DNA of 64,000 nt from Minisyncoccia bacterium (GTDB taxonomy: Bacteria; Patescibacteriota; Minisyncoccia; Phycocordibacterales; Phycocordibacteraceae): NCBI GenBank assembly GCA_038212075.1, contig JBBQUV010000002.1, forward strand, positions 7,343 to 71,342, in the 5' to 3' direction. A program made the translations under genes and the position numbers. The notes below the pieces were generated by a model, which saw nothing but the letters and a program-made list of their open reading frames with translations, was not told where the DNA came from and did not search any database. Of this stretch, positions 1 through 8,959 are shown piece after piece. Positions within the stretch are counted from its first letter, which is position 1, and each line of letters begins with the position of its first letter.

Positions 1-477
1 TTCTTTTACTTTCTCTCCAGTCTCCTCGCGCATCTGGCGTGTGGTTAAATTAAGAATTTCAAACTTTTGATTCACTAGTTCTTGATAAAATTTCTCTAGG
101 GTTTTAATATCTTCCAAAAGTTTTTTTGTTGTCAACCATCTAAAAAGAAGGGTGACAAAAATAGATACAGCGGAGATGGCAACCGCACATAAGGATATTT
201 TTCTTAGAAAATCTATGTCTATATTTTTTATCGTGTTGGAATCTACAGCAAGAGTAGTTACAAGTACCGTGGAGGAAACAATTAGAAAATTTTTTCCTGC
301 TTCTAGTAAAATATCTAAATGTTTTAGAAATAGATCAGCTGTGACCGGCGAAATTTGCATTCTTCTTTCAAAAAGCCTCTCGGCTATCTCGGTTTGTTTT
401 TGTAATAAATCCTGACCTTCTTCCAGCTCTTGTGATACCTTCTCTTCTATCATTTTTTCTATTTCTTTCTTTTCCAT
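1..477 (-). CDS. Hypothetical protein with two predicted TM helices, truncated by the window edge (absent from the ORF track)
   Basis: Manual translation from ATG 477: MEKKEIEKMIEEKVSQELE...FLIVSSTVLVTTLAVD...ISLCAVAISAVSIFVTLLFRW..., open to base 1 (159 codons); visibly more AT-rich than neighbours. Confidence 0.75.
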   Translation of the reverse strand, partial: MEKKEIEKMIEEKVSQELEEGQDLLQKQTEIAERLFERRMQISPVTADLFLKHLDILLEAGKNFLIVSSTVLVTTLAVDSNTIKNIDIDFLRKISLCAVAISAVSIFVTLLFRWLTTKKLLEDIKTLEKFYQELVNQKFEILNLTTRQMREETGEKVKE

Positions 478-503
478 AAGTTAATGAGATTCTTAAGTTA
501 AAA

Positions 504-1154
504 TTAGAGCCCGAGCGCCCACCGCTCAAGTGCCGTACCAAGGTCTACACCTTCTGAACGGGAGTCCGAAAGAAGTTCAATTAAATCAAGCGAGAGCTTC
601 CGTGATTCTTCGTTCGTCCACGCCCGACTTCCTTTCTGCATCACATCGCGTGCCTTCCAATGCAAAAGTCCATGAAGCATTTCAGGCGGATCTCCAGCTC
701 GTAATGCTTTTTCAATTTCCATCCATAATACTTTTCCATTTTTAGCTCCAAGCGCGTTCACGAGCCCTGAATTAAATCCCCTTCCCTCTTTTTTTATCGT
801 TACATCAACCTTGAATTCTTTTTCTGCTTTTGCTTCAAGCTTTTTTGTTTCGGCGGCTTTTAGTTTTGGCGCGAGTATGGCAATTGGGTTTGGCGACTCT
901 GCCAGAAGCATGAGTGAATCCATCACCGCCTCACCCGAAGCAGAAAGCGAAAACGGGTCATCTAAAAGCACGAGTGACTTTGTGAAGAAAAGCCCACTTG
1001 CGGTTGCCACCTGTTCAAGCGCTTCCGGTGTTGTGTCTTCAGCAGAAAGACGCACGTAGTGTGCTTCTGGTGCTTTTTTGCGTGAAGCCTCTACCCATTG
1101 GAACGCTTTTGCTCGCACCTTCCCTGTGTCTGAGCCGTGGAAAAGATAGATCAT
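504..1154 (-). CDS. holA: DNA polymerase III delta subunit-like (short form)
   Basis: N-terminal MIYLFHGSD and SGLFFTKSLVLL match HolA motifs; overlaps polA stop; only 216 aa. Confidence 0.65.
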   Translation of the reverse strand: MIYLFHGSDTGKVRAKAFQWVEASRKKAPEAHYVRLSAEDTTPEALEQVATASGLFFTKSLVLLDDPFSLSASGEAVMDSLMLLAESPNPIAILAPKLKAAETKKLEAKAEKEFKVDVTIKKEGRGFNSGLVNALGAKNGKVLWMEIEKALRAGDPPEMLHGLLHWKARDVMQKGSRAWTNEESRKLSLDLIELLSDSRSEGVDLGTALERWALGL

Positions 1155-3547
1155 AGTGCCTGCATCTGCCCCCAGTTAGCGCCCGACTTTGCTTCGGCGA
1201 TAATCGGCACACCATTTGCTTCGGCTTTTGAAAGTACTGACTCCATGAGGAGTTTGATTTTTGCCGTAAGCTCTGCGACGCGCGCGGTACGAATCTCAAA
1301 CACTAATTCATCGTGCACTTGGAGTAGAAGAAACGCGTCGTTTTCAGCACCTTCTTTTTTCAACATGTTATCAATGTGCACCATCGCGAGCTTAATGATG
1401 TCTGCTTGGGTGCCTTGAATCGGTGCGTTAATAGCCATGCGTTCTGCTTGTGCGCGTACGTACGGAAGCGGTGACTTCATCCCAGCAAGTTCACGGCGGC
1501 GACCAAACAGTGTTTCGGTGTACCCGTGCTTCCGAGCGAAACCTTTTGTGGTTTCTAAATACTCCGCGAGTGTTTTAAACGTACTGAAATAGTCATCATA
1601 AAACGTGTGCGCCTCTGCAGTGGTGGTACCAAGCTGGGCGCGGAGTGAGTTCACTCCCATGCCATACAAAATGCCGAAGTTAATGATTTTTGCGCGTCGG
1701 CGCATTTCAGTATCCACATTTTCCGGAGCAACACTGAACACTTCTGCGGCAACTTCGCGGTGAACATCGCGACCGCTTTTGAAAATGTCGCGCAGTTTTT
1801 CATCACCAGAAAGCACCGCCGCAAGCCGCAGTTCAATCTGCGAGTAGTCGAGCGCAACAAGCGTGAAGCCCTTCGGGGCAATAAACGCGTTGCGAATGGC
1901 GCGACCACGTTCACTCCGAATAGGAATGTTCTGTAGGTTTGGATTTGCGGATGCCATGCGTCCTGTTGCGGCACCGGTTTGCAAATACTCGGCGTGAAGT
2001 CTTCCCTCTGCGTCTAGAGCAGGAGGAATGCTCTCTATATACGTGGAAAGAAGCTTTTGAATCTCACGGTATTCCAAAATATCTTCCACGATAGGATGTA
2101 GGTCGCGGATTTTTTCTAGCTCTGATTCACGAGTTGAACGCTGACCGCCAGCAGTCTTCTTTTGTCCTTTTGCCGTCAACTGCAATGTATCAAACAGAAT
2201 ATTTCCTAGTTGTTTTGGAGAATTGATATTGAAAACCACGCCAGCGGCCTTATGAATACGCTCTTCAACGGTGGCCAGTTCTTTTTTGTATCGCTTCGAA
2301 AGATCGGCAAGCACGTCCCTATCAACAAGCACGCCATGCGATTCCGACGCGCGCAATACCGGAATAAGCGGTTTTTCAATATGTTCGTATACATCAACAA
2401 CTCTGCCAGTCTCTTTTATTTTCTTATCAAGTTCAGCATATGCTTCATCAAAGGTTTTCTTTTTTGTGTATGCAAGCACATCGTCCACGCTTGGATTAGT
2501 GAAGTCGCTCGCAAGAAGCCACAGCATTACTTGTGCTTCAGAAAATCGTGTTGGGTCAATCGCTTCTTCCTCAACCACCTCTCCTTCCTCTATATCTTCT
2601 TCCTCGCCACCCGCGTTACCAGAAATCACACTGCGTGCACGGGTACGCAGTGAACGAAACCCAAGCTCGTCAAAGAGCGCAAGAATTTTATCTAAGCGGT
2701 CACTAATATCCCATCCTTCTTTCGGAAGTGAGAATGCGATAGGCGCATCGGTACGAATGGTTGCAAGCATTTTTGAAAACAAAGCATCTTCTTCGTGCTT
2801 TTTTAAAAGCTCCACCATGCGTGGTTTTACCTTTCCTTTTGCAGTAAATTTCGCTTCGTCTTTTTTAAGTTCCTTGTATATGTCTTCGATGGTCCCGAAA
2901 GTAGTGACCAGTTCAGTGGCTGTTTTGTCCCCCACACCCGGAATACCAATGATGTTGTCGGAAGGATCGCCGCGAAGACCTTTATAGTCAGGAACGAGCG
3001 CTGGAGAGAAGCCATAGCGTGTCATTACCGCCTTTTCGTCGTACATAATTATGTCGTTCAATCCTTTCTTGAGCGTGTATACCTGTACGCGCTTATCATG
3101 CACCAGCTGTAGGGTGTCCATATCACCGGAGGCAATCACAATGTCCACCAGTGGGTCATCCTTAAACAGATGAACGATGGTGCCTAAAATATCGTCAGCC
3201 TCGAATCCTTCACGTTCGTAAATCGGAATACAGAAAGCTTCAAATACCGACCGAGAACTTATAATTTGCGCCACGAGCGCATCATCACTTTTTTGTCGTG
3301 TTGCCTTGTACCCTTCGTATGCTTCATGACGAATCGTTGGTTTTGGAAGGTCGTAACACGCAACAAGATAATCGGGACGCAAATCCGCGATAATGCGAAG
3401 CAACATCGAGGACAGGCCGTACAGAGCGCCTGTCGGTTGACCGGAGGGACCGGTAAATTCTGGGAGCGCATGATACGCCCGATGAATAATCGCGTGCGAA
3501 TCAAGCAATACAAGCCGTTTCTTCCTTTGAATTCCTCCTTTAGGCAT
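1151..3547 (-). CDS. polA: DNA polymerase I (5'-3' exonuclease + polymerase; 3'-5' exonuclease domain largely absent)
   Basis: LLDSHAIIHRAYHA, EADD, LRGDPSDNIIG, TGRMASANPNLQNIP, DYSQIELR, AKIINFGILYG, QVHDELVFE. Confidence 0.97.
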   Translation of the reverse strand: MPKGGIQRKKRLVLLDSHAIIHRAYHALPEFTGPSGQPTGALYGLSSMLLRIIADLRPDYLVACYDLPKPTIRHEAYEGYKATRQKSDDALVAQIISSRSVFEAFCIPIYEREGFEADDILGTIVHLFKDDPLVDIVIASGDMDTLQLVHDKRVQVYTLKKGLNDIIMYDEKAVMTRYGFSPALVPDYKGLRGDPSDNIIGIPGVGDKTATELVTTFGTIEDIYKELKKDEAKFTAKGKVKPRMVELLKKHEEDALFSKMLATIRTDAPIAFSLPKEGWDISDRLDKILALFDELGFRSLRTRARSVISGNAGGEEEDIEEGEVVEEEAIDPTRFSEAQVMLWLLASDFTNPSVDDVLAYTKKKTFDEAYAELDKKIKETGRVVDVYEHIEKPLIPVLRASESHGVLVDRDVLADLSKRYKKELATVEERIHKAAGVVFNINSPKQLGNILFDTLQLTAKGQKKTAGGQRSTRESELEKIRDLHPIVEDILEYREIQKLLSTYIESIPPALDAEGRLHAEYLQTGAATGRMASANPNLQNIPIRSERGRAIRNAFIAPKGFTLVALDYSQIELRLAAVLSGDEKLRDIFKSGRDVHREVAAEVFSVAPENVDTEMRRRAKIINFGILYGMGVNSLRAQLGTTTAEAHTFYDDYFSTFKTLAEYLETTKGFARKHGYTETLFGRRRELAGMKSPLPYVRAQAERMAINAPIQGTQADIIKLAMVHIDNMLKKEGAENDAFLLLQVHDELVFEIRTARVAELTAKIKLLMESVLSKAEANGVPIIAEAKSGANWGQMQAL

Positions 3548-3974
3548 AGGTTATTTTACGGGCACCTTCGGCAAGCGTTTCTATAGAAATATGCACTGAC
3601 GCACGAGGAAGCGTGTCATGCACCTTTTCCGGCCATTCAAGCATAACTAGATTGTCTGCTTGCTGAACCACTTCGTCAAAGTGAAGCGGAGCAAGCTCCG
3701 TACCCCCCTCTAACCGGTAGGCATCTATATGAATAAGTCGTTTCCACGGTCCTGCGGGCAGTTCATACGATTTCATCAAAACGAATGTGGGGCTGGTAAT
3801 GTCTCCTTCCACCCCCAGCGTGCGCGCAACTACCTTCACCAGGGCTGTTTTCCCTGCACCAAGGTCTCCGGAAAGGGTTATGAGTGTTGCTCCTGCCGGA
3901 TTTTTTGCGAGACTTTTCACAAATGCTTCTGCCACGGCAGTGAACTCTTCTAGGGAATGGGTGACTTTCTCCAT
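3540..3974 (-). CDS. tsaE: t6A tRNA biosynthesis ATPase TsaE
   Basis: GDLGAGKT, SPTF, HIDAYRL, LEW. Confidence 0.95.
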   Translation of the reverse strand: MEKVTHSLEEFTAVAEAFVKSLAKNPAGATLITLSGDLGAGKTALVKVVARTLGVEGDITSPTFVLMKSYELPAGPWKRLIHIDAYRLEGGTELAPLHFDEVVQQADNLVMLEWPEKVHDTLPRASVHISIETLAEGARKITYA

Positions 3975-4018
3975 TTCTTCATTGTACCAAGCGAAGCCAG
4001 CGCGCTATCATTCATAGT

Positions 4019-5689
4019 ATGACGAGCCTTTTTGACAACGCAGCAGAAGATGCAAAGATACATCACCTTCACGAAGAAGAGGAAGAGGATGTTGCGCAAA
4101 TTCTTGCGAGTAAATATGGGATGACCTATACGGATCTTTCCGCAACCACCATTGATACCGATGCCCTGCGTCTTATTCCCGAAGAAAAATCACGGGCGGC
4201 AGAAACGCTCGCATTCAATAAAGAAGGAGTGAAGCTATCGCTTGCCATAAGGAATCCAAACAACGCTACCCTTCCCGCTCTTTTTACCGATCTTGAATCT
4301 CACGGGCACAAACTTGAAAAGTTTTTAGTTTCAACAAAAAGTTTTGAGTTGGCGTTCAAGCACTACAAAGAACTTTCTCTTGCTTCGGTGGTAAAACAGG
4401 GAGTATTAACTATTTCTCCCGATGAACTCGCGCGACTCTCAAAATCGCTTACCACGGTTACGGAACTGTCTTCGTATTTTGAAAACACACTGACCGATAA
4501 AAAAACGGGCGGCGTTTCGCGCATTTTTGAAGGAATGATGGAAGCGGCGTTTGCCATGAAGGTATCCGACATTCACTTGGAACCGGAAGAAACAAGTGTG
4601 CGCCTGCGTTTTCGTTTAGACGGTGTGCTTGAAGACGTGTTTGCCTTTACCCCCGAAACCTATCGTTCCCTGAACTCTCGTCTGAAGCTTTTGTCCGGCC
4701 TAAAGCTGAATGTGCATAACCGCGCACAGGACGGCAGGTTTAGTGTGGATATCGGCGGAACAGAGATTGAAATTCGTACGTCACTTATTCCGGGCAATTA
4801 CGGTGAGTCATTCGTGCTCCGTCTTCTTGATCCCGACAATATTCACATTGGATTTGAAAATCTTGGTATCCATCCCAAGCTCTTTGCGCGTTTGGAAAAA
4901 GAAATTCAACGTCCAAACGGCATGCTCCTTACCACCGGTCCAACGGGAAGCGGAAAAACCACAACGCTCTATGCCTTCCTTCAGAAAATTCATACATCCG
5001 ATATTAAAATTATTACCATCGAAGACCCGGTTGAATACCACTTGAACGGAATCGTGCAGACGCAAACAAACGGCAAAGACTACACCTTTGCATCAGGGCT
5101 CCGTTCTATTGTGCGCCAAGACCCGGACGTTATTATGGTGGGCGAAATCCGCGATGGTGAAACGGCTGATATCGCTATTCAAGCAGCGCTTACGGGACAC
5201 TTTGTGTTTTCCACTATTCACACCAACGATGCCGCTGGTACCTTCCCCCGTCTTGCCGACTTCGATATTGACCCAAAAGAATTTGCATCAGCAGTCACTG
5301 TCGCAATGGCACAGCGTCTGGTGCGCCGGCTCGACCAAAATGCGCGCAAACAAGTGCCGCTTGAAGGAGAAATGAAAGCGACGGTAGATAAAATTCTTGC
5401 GAGTGTGGTTGATAAGTCTTTGGTGCCACCAAAAGTGGACATGATGTGGGTGCCCGATCCAAAGGATGGTGGCACTGGCTACAAAGGGCGTGTGGGACTC
5501 TACGAAGCAATCTTTATGGACGACGAGCTCGGCACCTTCCTGCGTGATAACCCAAGCGCAAGCGATATACGAAAGCACGCGGCAAAGCAGGGCTATCTCA
5601 CTATGGTTCAAGATGGCATTATTAAAGCCTTGTCTGGCCTTACCTCTATTGAAGAAGTGCTTTCTGTTGCCGACATTCCCCGCGACTAG
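4019..5689 (+). CDS. GspE/PilB-family secretion ATPase (stand-alone paralogue)
   Basis: SDIHLEP, QDGRF, TGPTGSGKTTTLY, TIEDPVEY, RQDPDVIMVGEIRD, ALTGH, STIHTN. Confidence 0.93.
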   Translation: MTSLFDNAAEDAKIHHLHEEEEEDVAQILASKYGMTYTDLSATTIDTDALRLIPEEKSRAAETLAFNKEGVKLSLAIRNPNNATLPALFTDLESHGHKLEKFLVSTKSFELAFKHYKELSLASVVKQGVLTISPDELARLSKSLTTVTELSSYFENTLTDKKTGGVSRIFEGMMEAAFAMKVSDIHLEPEETSVRLRFRLDGVLEDVFAFTPETYRSLNSRLKLLSGLKLNVHNRAQDGRFSVDIGGTEIEIRTSLIPGNYGESFVLRLLDPDNIHIGFENLGIHPKLFARLEKEIQRPNGMLLTTGPTGSGKTTTLYAFLQKIHTSDIKIITIEDPVEYHLNGIVQTQTNGKDYTFASGLRSIVRQDPDVIMVGEIRDGETADIAIQAALTGHFVFSTIHTNDAAGTFPRLADFDIDPKEFASAVTVAMAQRLVRRLDQNARKQVPLEGEMKATVDKILASVVDKSLVPPKVDMMWVPDPKDGGTGYKGRVGLYEAIFMDDELGTFLRDNPSASDIRKHAAKQGYLTMVQDGIIKALSGLTSIEEVLSVADIPRD

Positions 5690-5691
5690 TT

Positions 5692-6015
5692 ATGGGAAAA
5701 AATCTTTCAGACTTAATTGAATTTGTAGGGAAACATGTCGTGTTTAATGCTGAACACTATCCTGAACTAAAAGACGCTTCGGAAAAAGAAAAATTCATTT
5801 TTGCGATACGTCATTCTGCATTACACTTTTCAAAAACCGCAGGAAAAATTGCTGTGGTTGCAGAGGATGTAGATCATGGTTCCGAGCCTGATATTGCAAA
5901 GCTTAAAGAGCAGGTATGGAAATCATTGGTAAATGCATTTTGGCTTGCCGATAAAATTGATATGACGGAAGAAGAAATTATTTCTAGCATGGAGAAAAAG
6001 TATTCCGACAAATAA
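5692..6015 (+). CDS. Small alpha-helical hypothetical protein, possibly MazG-like nucleotide pyrophosphohydrolase superfamily
   Basis: 107 aa helical pattern (HSALHFSKTAGKIAVVAEDVDH...LVNAFWLAD); 1 nt upstream of a Ham1 gene; family is inference. Confidence 0.5.
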   Translation: MGKNLSDLIEFVGKHVVFNAEHYPELKDASEKEKFIFAIRHSALHFSKTAGKIAVVAEDVDHGSEPDIAKLKEQVWKSLVNAFWLADKIDMTEEEIISSMEKKYSDK

Positions 6016-6016
6016 T

Positions 6017-6568
6017 ATGCAGGATTTTGTTTTTATTACCGGTAACCAGAATAAAGCCGACTATCTGGCGCGGTTTCTTGGACGCCCTGTTGAGCACGTG
6101 AAAGTAGATTTAGATGAAATTCAATCTCTGAGCCTTGAAGAGATTGTTCGGCACAAACTACGGCAAGCGTACGACATCGTAAAACGCCCTGTCGTCGTTG
6201 AAGACGCAGGGCTTGAATTCACCTCCCTCGGGCGACTTCCCGGCCCACTCATTAAATGGTTCCTTGAAGAACTTGGCTATCCGGGAACCGCGGCGCTTTT
6301 GGATGGAAAAGACCGGAGTGCGATAGCGCGTTGCCGTATTGGTTACTACGATGGGACCGAAGAAGTGTATTTTGAAGGCAGTCTCACCGGACGTATAGCA
6401 GACGACCCGCAAGTAGGTGGAGGGTACGGGTTTGATCCCCTCTTTATTCAAGATGGCTATGATGTGACACGAGCATTTATGAACCAAGAAGATCACGACC
6501 GCACCTACTTTGAGCTCAAACCGTTCGGAAAGTTAAAAGAGTATTTGGAGAACAAGAATACTCACTAA
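6017..6568 (+). CDS. Ham1/RdgB-family non-canonical purine NTP pyrophosphatase
   Basis: FITGNQNK, EIQ, VEDAGL, LPGPLIKWF, GYGFDPLF. Confidence 0.9.
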   Translation: MQDFVFITGNQNKADYLARFLGRPVEHVKVDLDEIQSLSLEEIVRHKLRQAYDIVKRPVVVEDAGLEFTSLGRLPGPLIKWFLEELGYPGTAALLDGKDRSAIARCRIGYYDGTEEVYFEGSLTGRIADDPQVGGGYGFDPLFIQDGYDVTRAFMNQEDHDRTYFELKPFGKLKEYLENKNTH

Positions 6569-7554
6569 CTTCCCGTTGAAGACAGTTTCTTTTCTCCGAG
6601 CATTTTCAAATTCCCATCCAATACCTTCATTTCAGGTTCTTCTGCAAGAACGACACCAGGAGCTAGTTCTTTTGTTTTTTTCCAGGAAATGCGACTACGC
6701 TCTGCTTGCATACGTGCATACACTCCCACATCATTGGCAATCATTTCTGCAACAGCGGGCGATACATTTCTGTTAGCAAGCTTTGTTTCCAAAGATTTTT
6801 TAACCAGCGCTTTAGTTACTGCCTCAATAACAGGAGGTGGGTACATGAGTGTTGCGTCACCGGGATAAAAATCTTTCCACACCTCTTCAACACGTGGCTG
6901 ATATTCTGTGGATTTATTAACATAGGAAAGTCTCGACTCGGTACCCGGTATATTGGCTTCGTCTAGAAGATTGTAATTACGGAGAATGTCACCGACCATC
7001 TGTTCCTTTTCTCCGGGAATGGCAAGCTGTTCTTCTTTTATTTGATATTCAATCTCGCCCATTTTCGCTCTCACTTCCGCTTCTATTTTATTTGGTAGTC
7101 CCGTACCACTAATACCAAGATACCGTTCACCCTCGTGTTCAAGAGAAGAGTAGGACTCGAGAGGAATATCAAGCGCAGTGAGCTTATCTATAAGCGCCTT
7201 GTTGATTGGTTGTTCTAGAGCATGTTCTGGAACAGAGCGGTCGCTATACATTTCTACTTGTTCCTCGGCTTCTGCGCGCTCGCCGTGAGCGGCGCGGAGC
7301 TCCGATTTACTTTCATCACTCAGTGGACCTGTTACCGCTTCGCGCTGGAGAGACTGTGACTGCTTTTCAACACGAGCATCGGCATTTGCTAGTTCTCGAT
7401 TAGCGTCTCCACGCTGACTTTTTTCATCTTTGAGTGAATTAAAAACAAGCGCGAGCGCAGCATGTTTTTCTTCTAGGGCTGCAATTTTCTCTTTCGCGGC
7501 ACCTTCTTTTTTTGATACTCCTTTTACATCCAGCTTTCCAGATTCAAATCCCAT
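6565..7554 (-). CDS. Hypothetical charged coiled-coil protein
   Basis: 329-aa ORF rich in E/K, no recognisable motif. Confidence 0.7.
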   Translation of the reverse strand: MGFESGKLDVKGVSKKEGAAKEKIAALEEKHAALALVFNSLKDEKSQRGDANRELANADARVEKQSQSLQREAVTGPLSDESKSELRAAHGERAEAEEQVEMYSDRSVPEHALEQPINKALIDKLTALDIPLESYSSLEHEGERYLGISGTGLPNKIEAEVRAKMGEIEYQIKEEQLAIPGEKEQMVGDILRNYNLLDEANIPGTESRLSYVNKSTEYQPRVEEVWKDFYPGDATLMYPPPVIEAVTKALVKKSLETKLANRNVSPAVAEMIANDVGVYARMQAERSRISWKKTKELAPGVVLAEEPEMKVLDGNLKMLGEKKLSSTGS

Positions 7555-7621
7555 AGGTAAAAATTACGGCTATCACCCAATAGTACCTCGTACGCCAACC
7601 CATCAGCGCGGCCGGCTGTGT

Positions 7622-7656
7622 ATAGAAAAAGACCCCTTCAAGGGGTCTTTTTCTAT
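7622..7656. terminator. Bidirectional intrinsic terminator
   Basis: atagaaaaagacccct-tca-aggggtctttttctat: 16-bp stem with A/T tails. Confidence 0.85.
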
Positions 7657-7658
7657 CT

Positions 7659-7815
7659 ATCCCGACCATAATCTTCGAGGCGATCGCATCGGTAAAGATG
7701 CGTGGACAAATCGCCTGAGGATGAGCCCAGTGTCCACTAATTAAAGTGGAGCCAGGAAGTCCTTGGGGAAGAGCCCGAAGCCGTCAAGCCTTGCCTCGAA
7801 GAGTATGTGCAGGAT
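7659..7815 (-). ncRNA. Structured rod-shaped ncRNA, 6S RNA-like candidate
   Basis: Minus strand: ATCCTG-CA-CATA-C-TCTTCGAGGC pairs with GCCTCGAAGA-T-TATG-GT-CGGGAT; central bubble with side hairpin CGCATC/GATGCG; inner irregular stem closing at TCCACT-TTAATT-AGTGGA; G-U pairs favour - strand; terminator immediately downstream; no credible ORF. Confidence 0.55.
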
Positions 7816-7924
7816 TTCGCGAATGAAACCGTGGGTATTTTAAATCCGGGCAAGCCAGTGGCCGTCCAGAATGTACTTTTGAGCCCCTCGCTCGTATGGT
7901 AGAATGGTAGCATACGGTAATTTT

Positions 7925-8929
7925 ATGTCAAGTACCCCTAACGATATTCCTGAGGTTCCTGAAGCACAATTAGACGCGGCACTGCGTCCTTCTTCGTGGG
8001 ACGAATACGCTGGGCAAGGGCACGTGAAGGCAAATGTGCGTGTGGTTATTGATGCGGCGAAGTTGCGCGGTGGCATGCCGGAGCACTTTCTGTTCTATGG
8101 CCCACCGGGAGTGGGTAAAACAACACTCGCCCACCTTGTTGCCGTCACTCTCGATGCGCCTCTTAAAACAACATCGGGGGTTGCTATCGAACGCGCCGGA
8201 GATCTTGCCGCCATCCTCACAAATCTTGAACCAAACACCGTGCTCTTCATCGATGAAATTCACCAACTGTCACGGAAAATTGAAGAACTTCTGTATCCCG
8301 CACTCGAATCAGGCACACTGGATATTGTTCTTGGAAAAGGTCCTTCAGCACGCACGGTTGAGCTTGCCCTTCCCCCCTTCACACTTATCGGTGCCACAAC
8401 AAAAGTTGCCTCCCTCTCAAGCCCTCTCCGTTCGCGTTTTGGTGGCGGTGTGTACCAGCTCGATTTTTATTCTGACCAAGACTTACGTACCATTATTGGG
8501 CGTTCAGCAAAGAAACTTGGGCTCACGCCAACTCCTGATGTCATTGAGCGGGTAGCGGCACGAAGTCGTGCGACACCGCGTGTGGCAAACTCCCTCTTGA
8601 AGCGCGTGCGCGACTATTCTGAAGTGCACCAGAAGGATTTAACGGGTGAGGTTTGCGATCTTGCCTGCGAATTGTTTGGTATCGACACACTGGGACTCAC
8701 CAAAGACGACCGCAGGTATCTTGAAACACTTGAGAAAGGATTTCGTGGTGGCCCTGCCGGAGTTCGCGCACTCGCAAGCGCCATGCATGAAGACGAAGAC
8801 ACTATTGAACAGGTGTATGAACCATACCTGTTGCGTCTTGGGTTTATTGAACGAAGTCTGCGCGGACGTATGCTCACTCAAAAAGGTCGTTCATACCTGC
8901 GCGGGGAGTCACTGGAGACTCTTTTATAA
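7925..8929 (+). CDS. ruvB: Holliday junction branch migration helicase RuvB
   Basis: LRPSSWDEYAGQ, GPPGVGKTTLA, FIDEIH, PPFTLIGATT, RSRFG, YEPYLL; start placed at MSSTPND. Confidence 0.97.
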   Translation: MSSTPNDIPEVPEAQLDAALRPSSWDEYAGQGHVKANVRVVIDAAKLRGGMPEHFLFYGPPGVGKTTLAHLVAVTLDAPLKTTSGVAIERAGDLAAILTNLEPNTVLFIDEIHQLSRKIEELLYPALESGTLDIVLGKGPSARTVELALPPFTLIGATTKVASLSSPLRSRFGGGVYQLDFYSDQDLRTIIGRSAKKLGLTPTPDVIERVAARSRATPRVANSLLKRVRDYSEVHQKDLTGEVCDLACELFGIDTLGLTKDDRRYLETLEKGFRGGPAGVRALASAMHEDEDTIEQVYEPYLLRLGFIERSLRGRMLTQKGRSYLRGESLETLL

Positions 8930-8959
8930 TTCTTTTAGAAAATGTGATAGGTTTTTTGT

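Noticed and set aside
152-415. 87-aa + strand ORF in the track
   Set aside because: Shadow of the longer - strand ORF 477-1
7745-7770. AGGAAGTCC on + strand resembling the RNase P RNA GAGGAAAGUCC motif
   Set aside because: One A short, no complementary 3' P4 partner found, and wobble pairs plus the terminator favour the - strand
7659-7870. tmRNA, SRP RNA or hammerhead ribozyme
   Set aside because: No tRNA-like ends or CCA, no SRP helix-8 motif, no CUGAUGA...GAAA core
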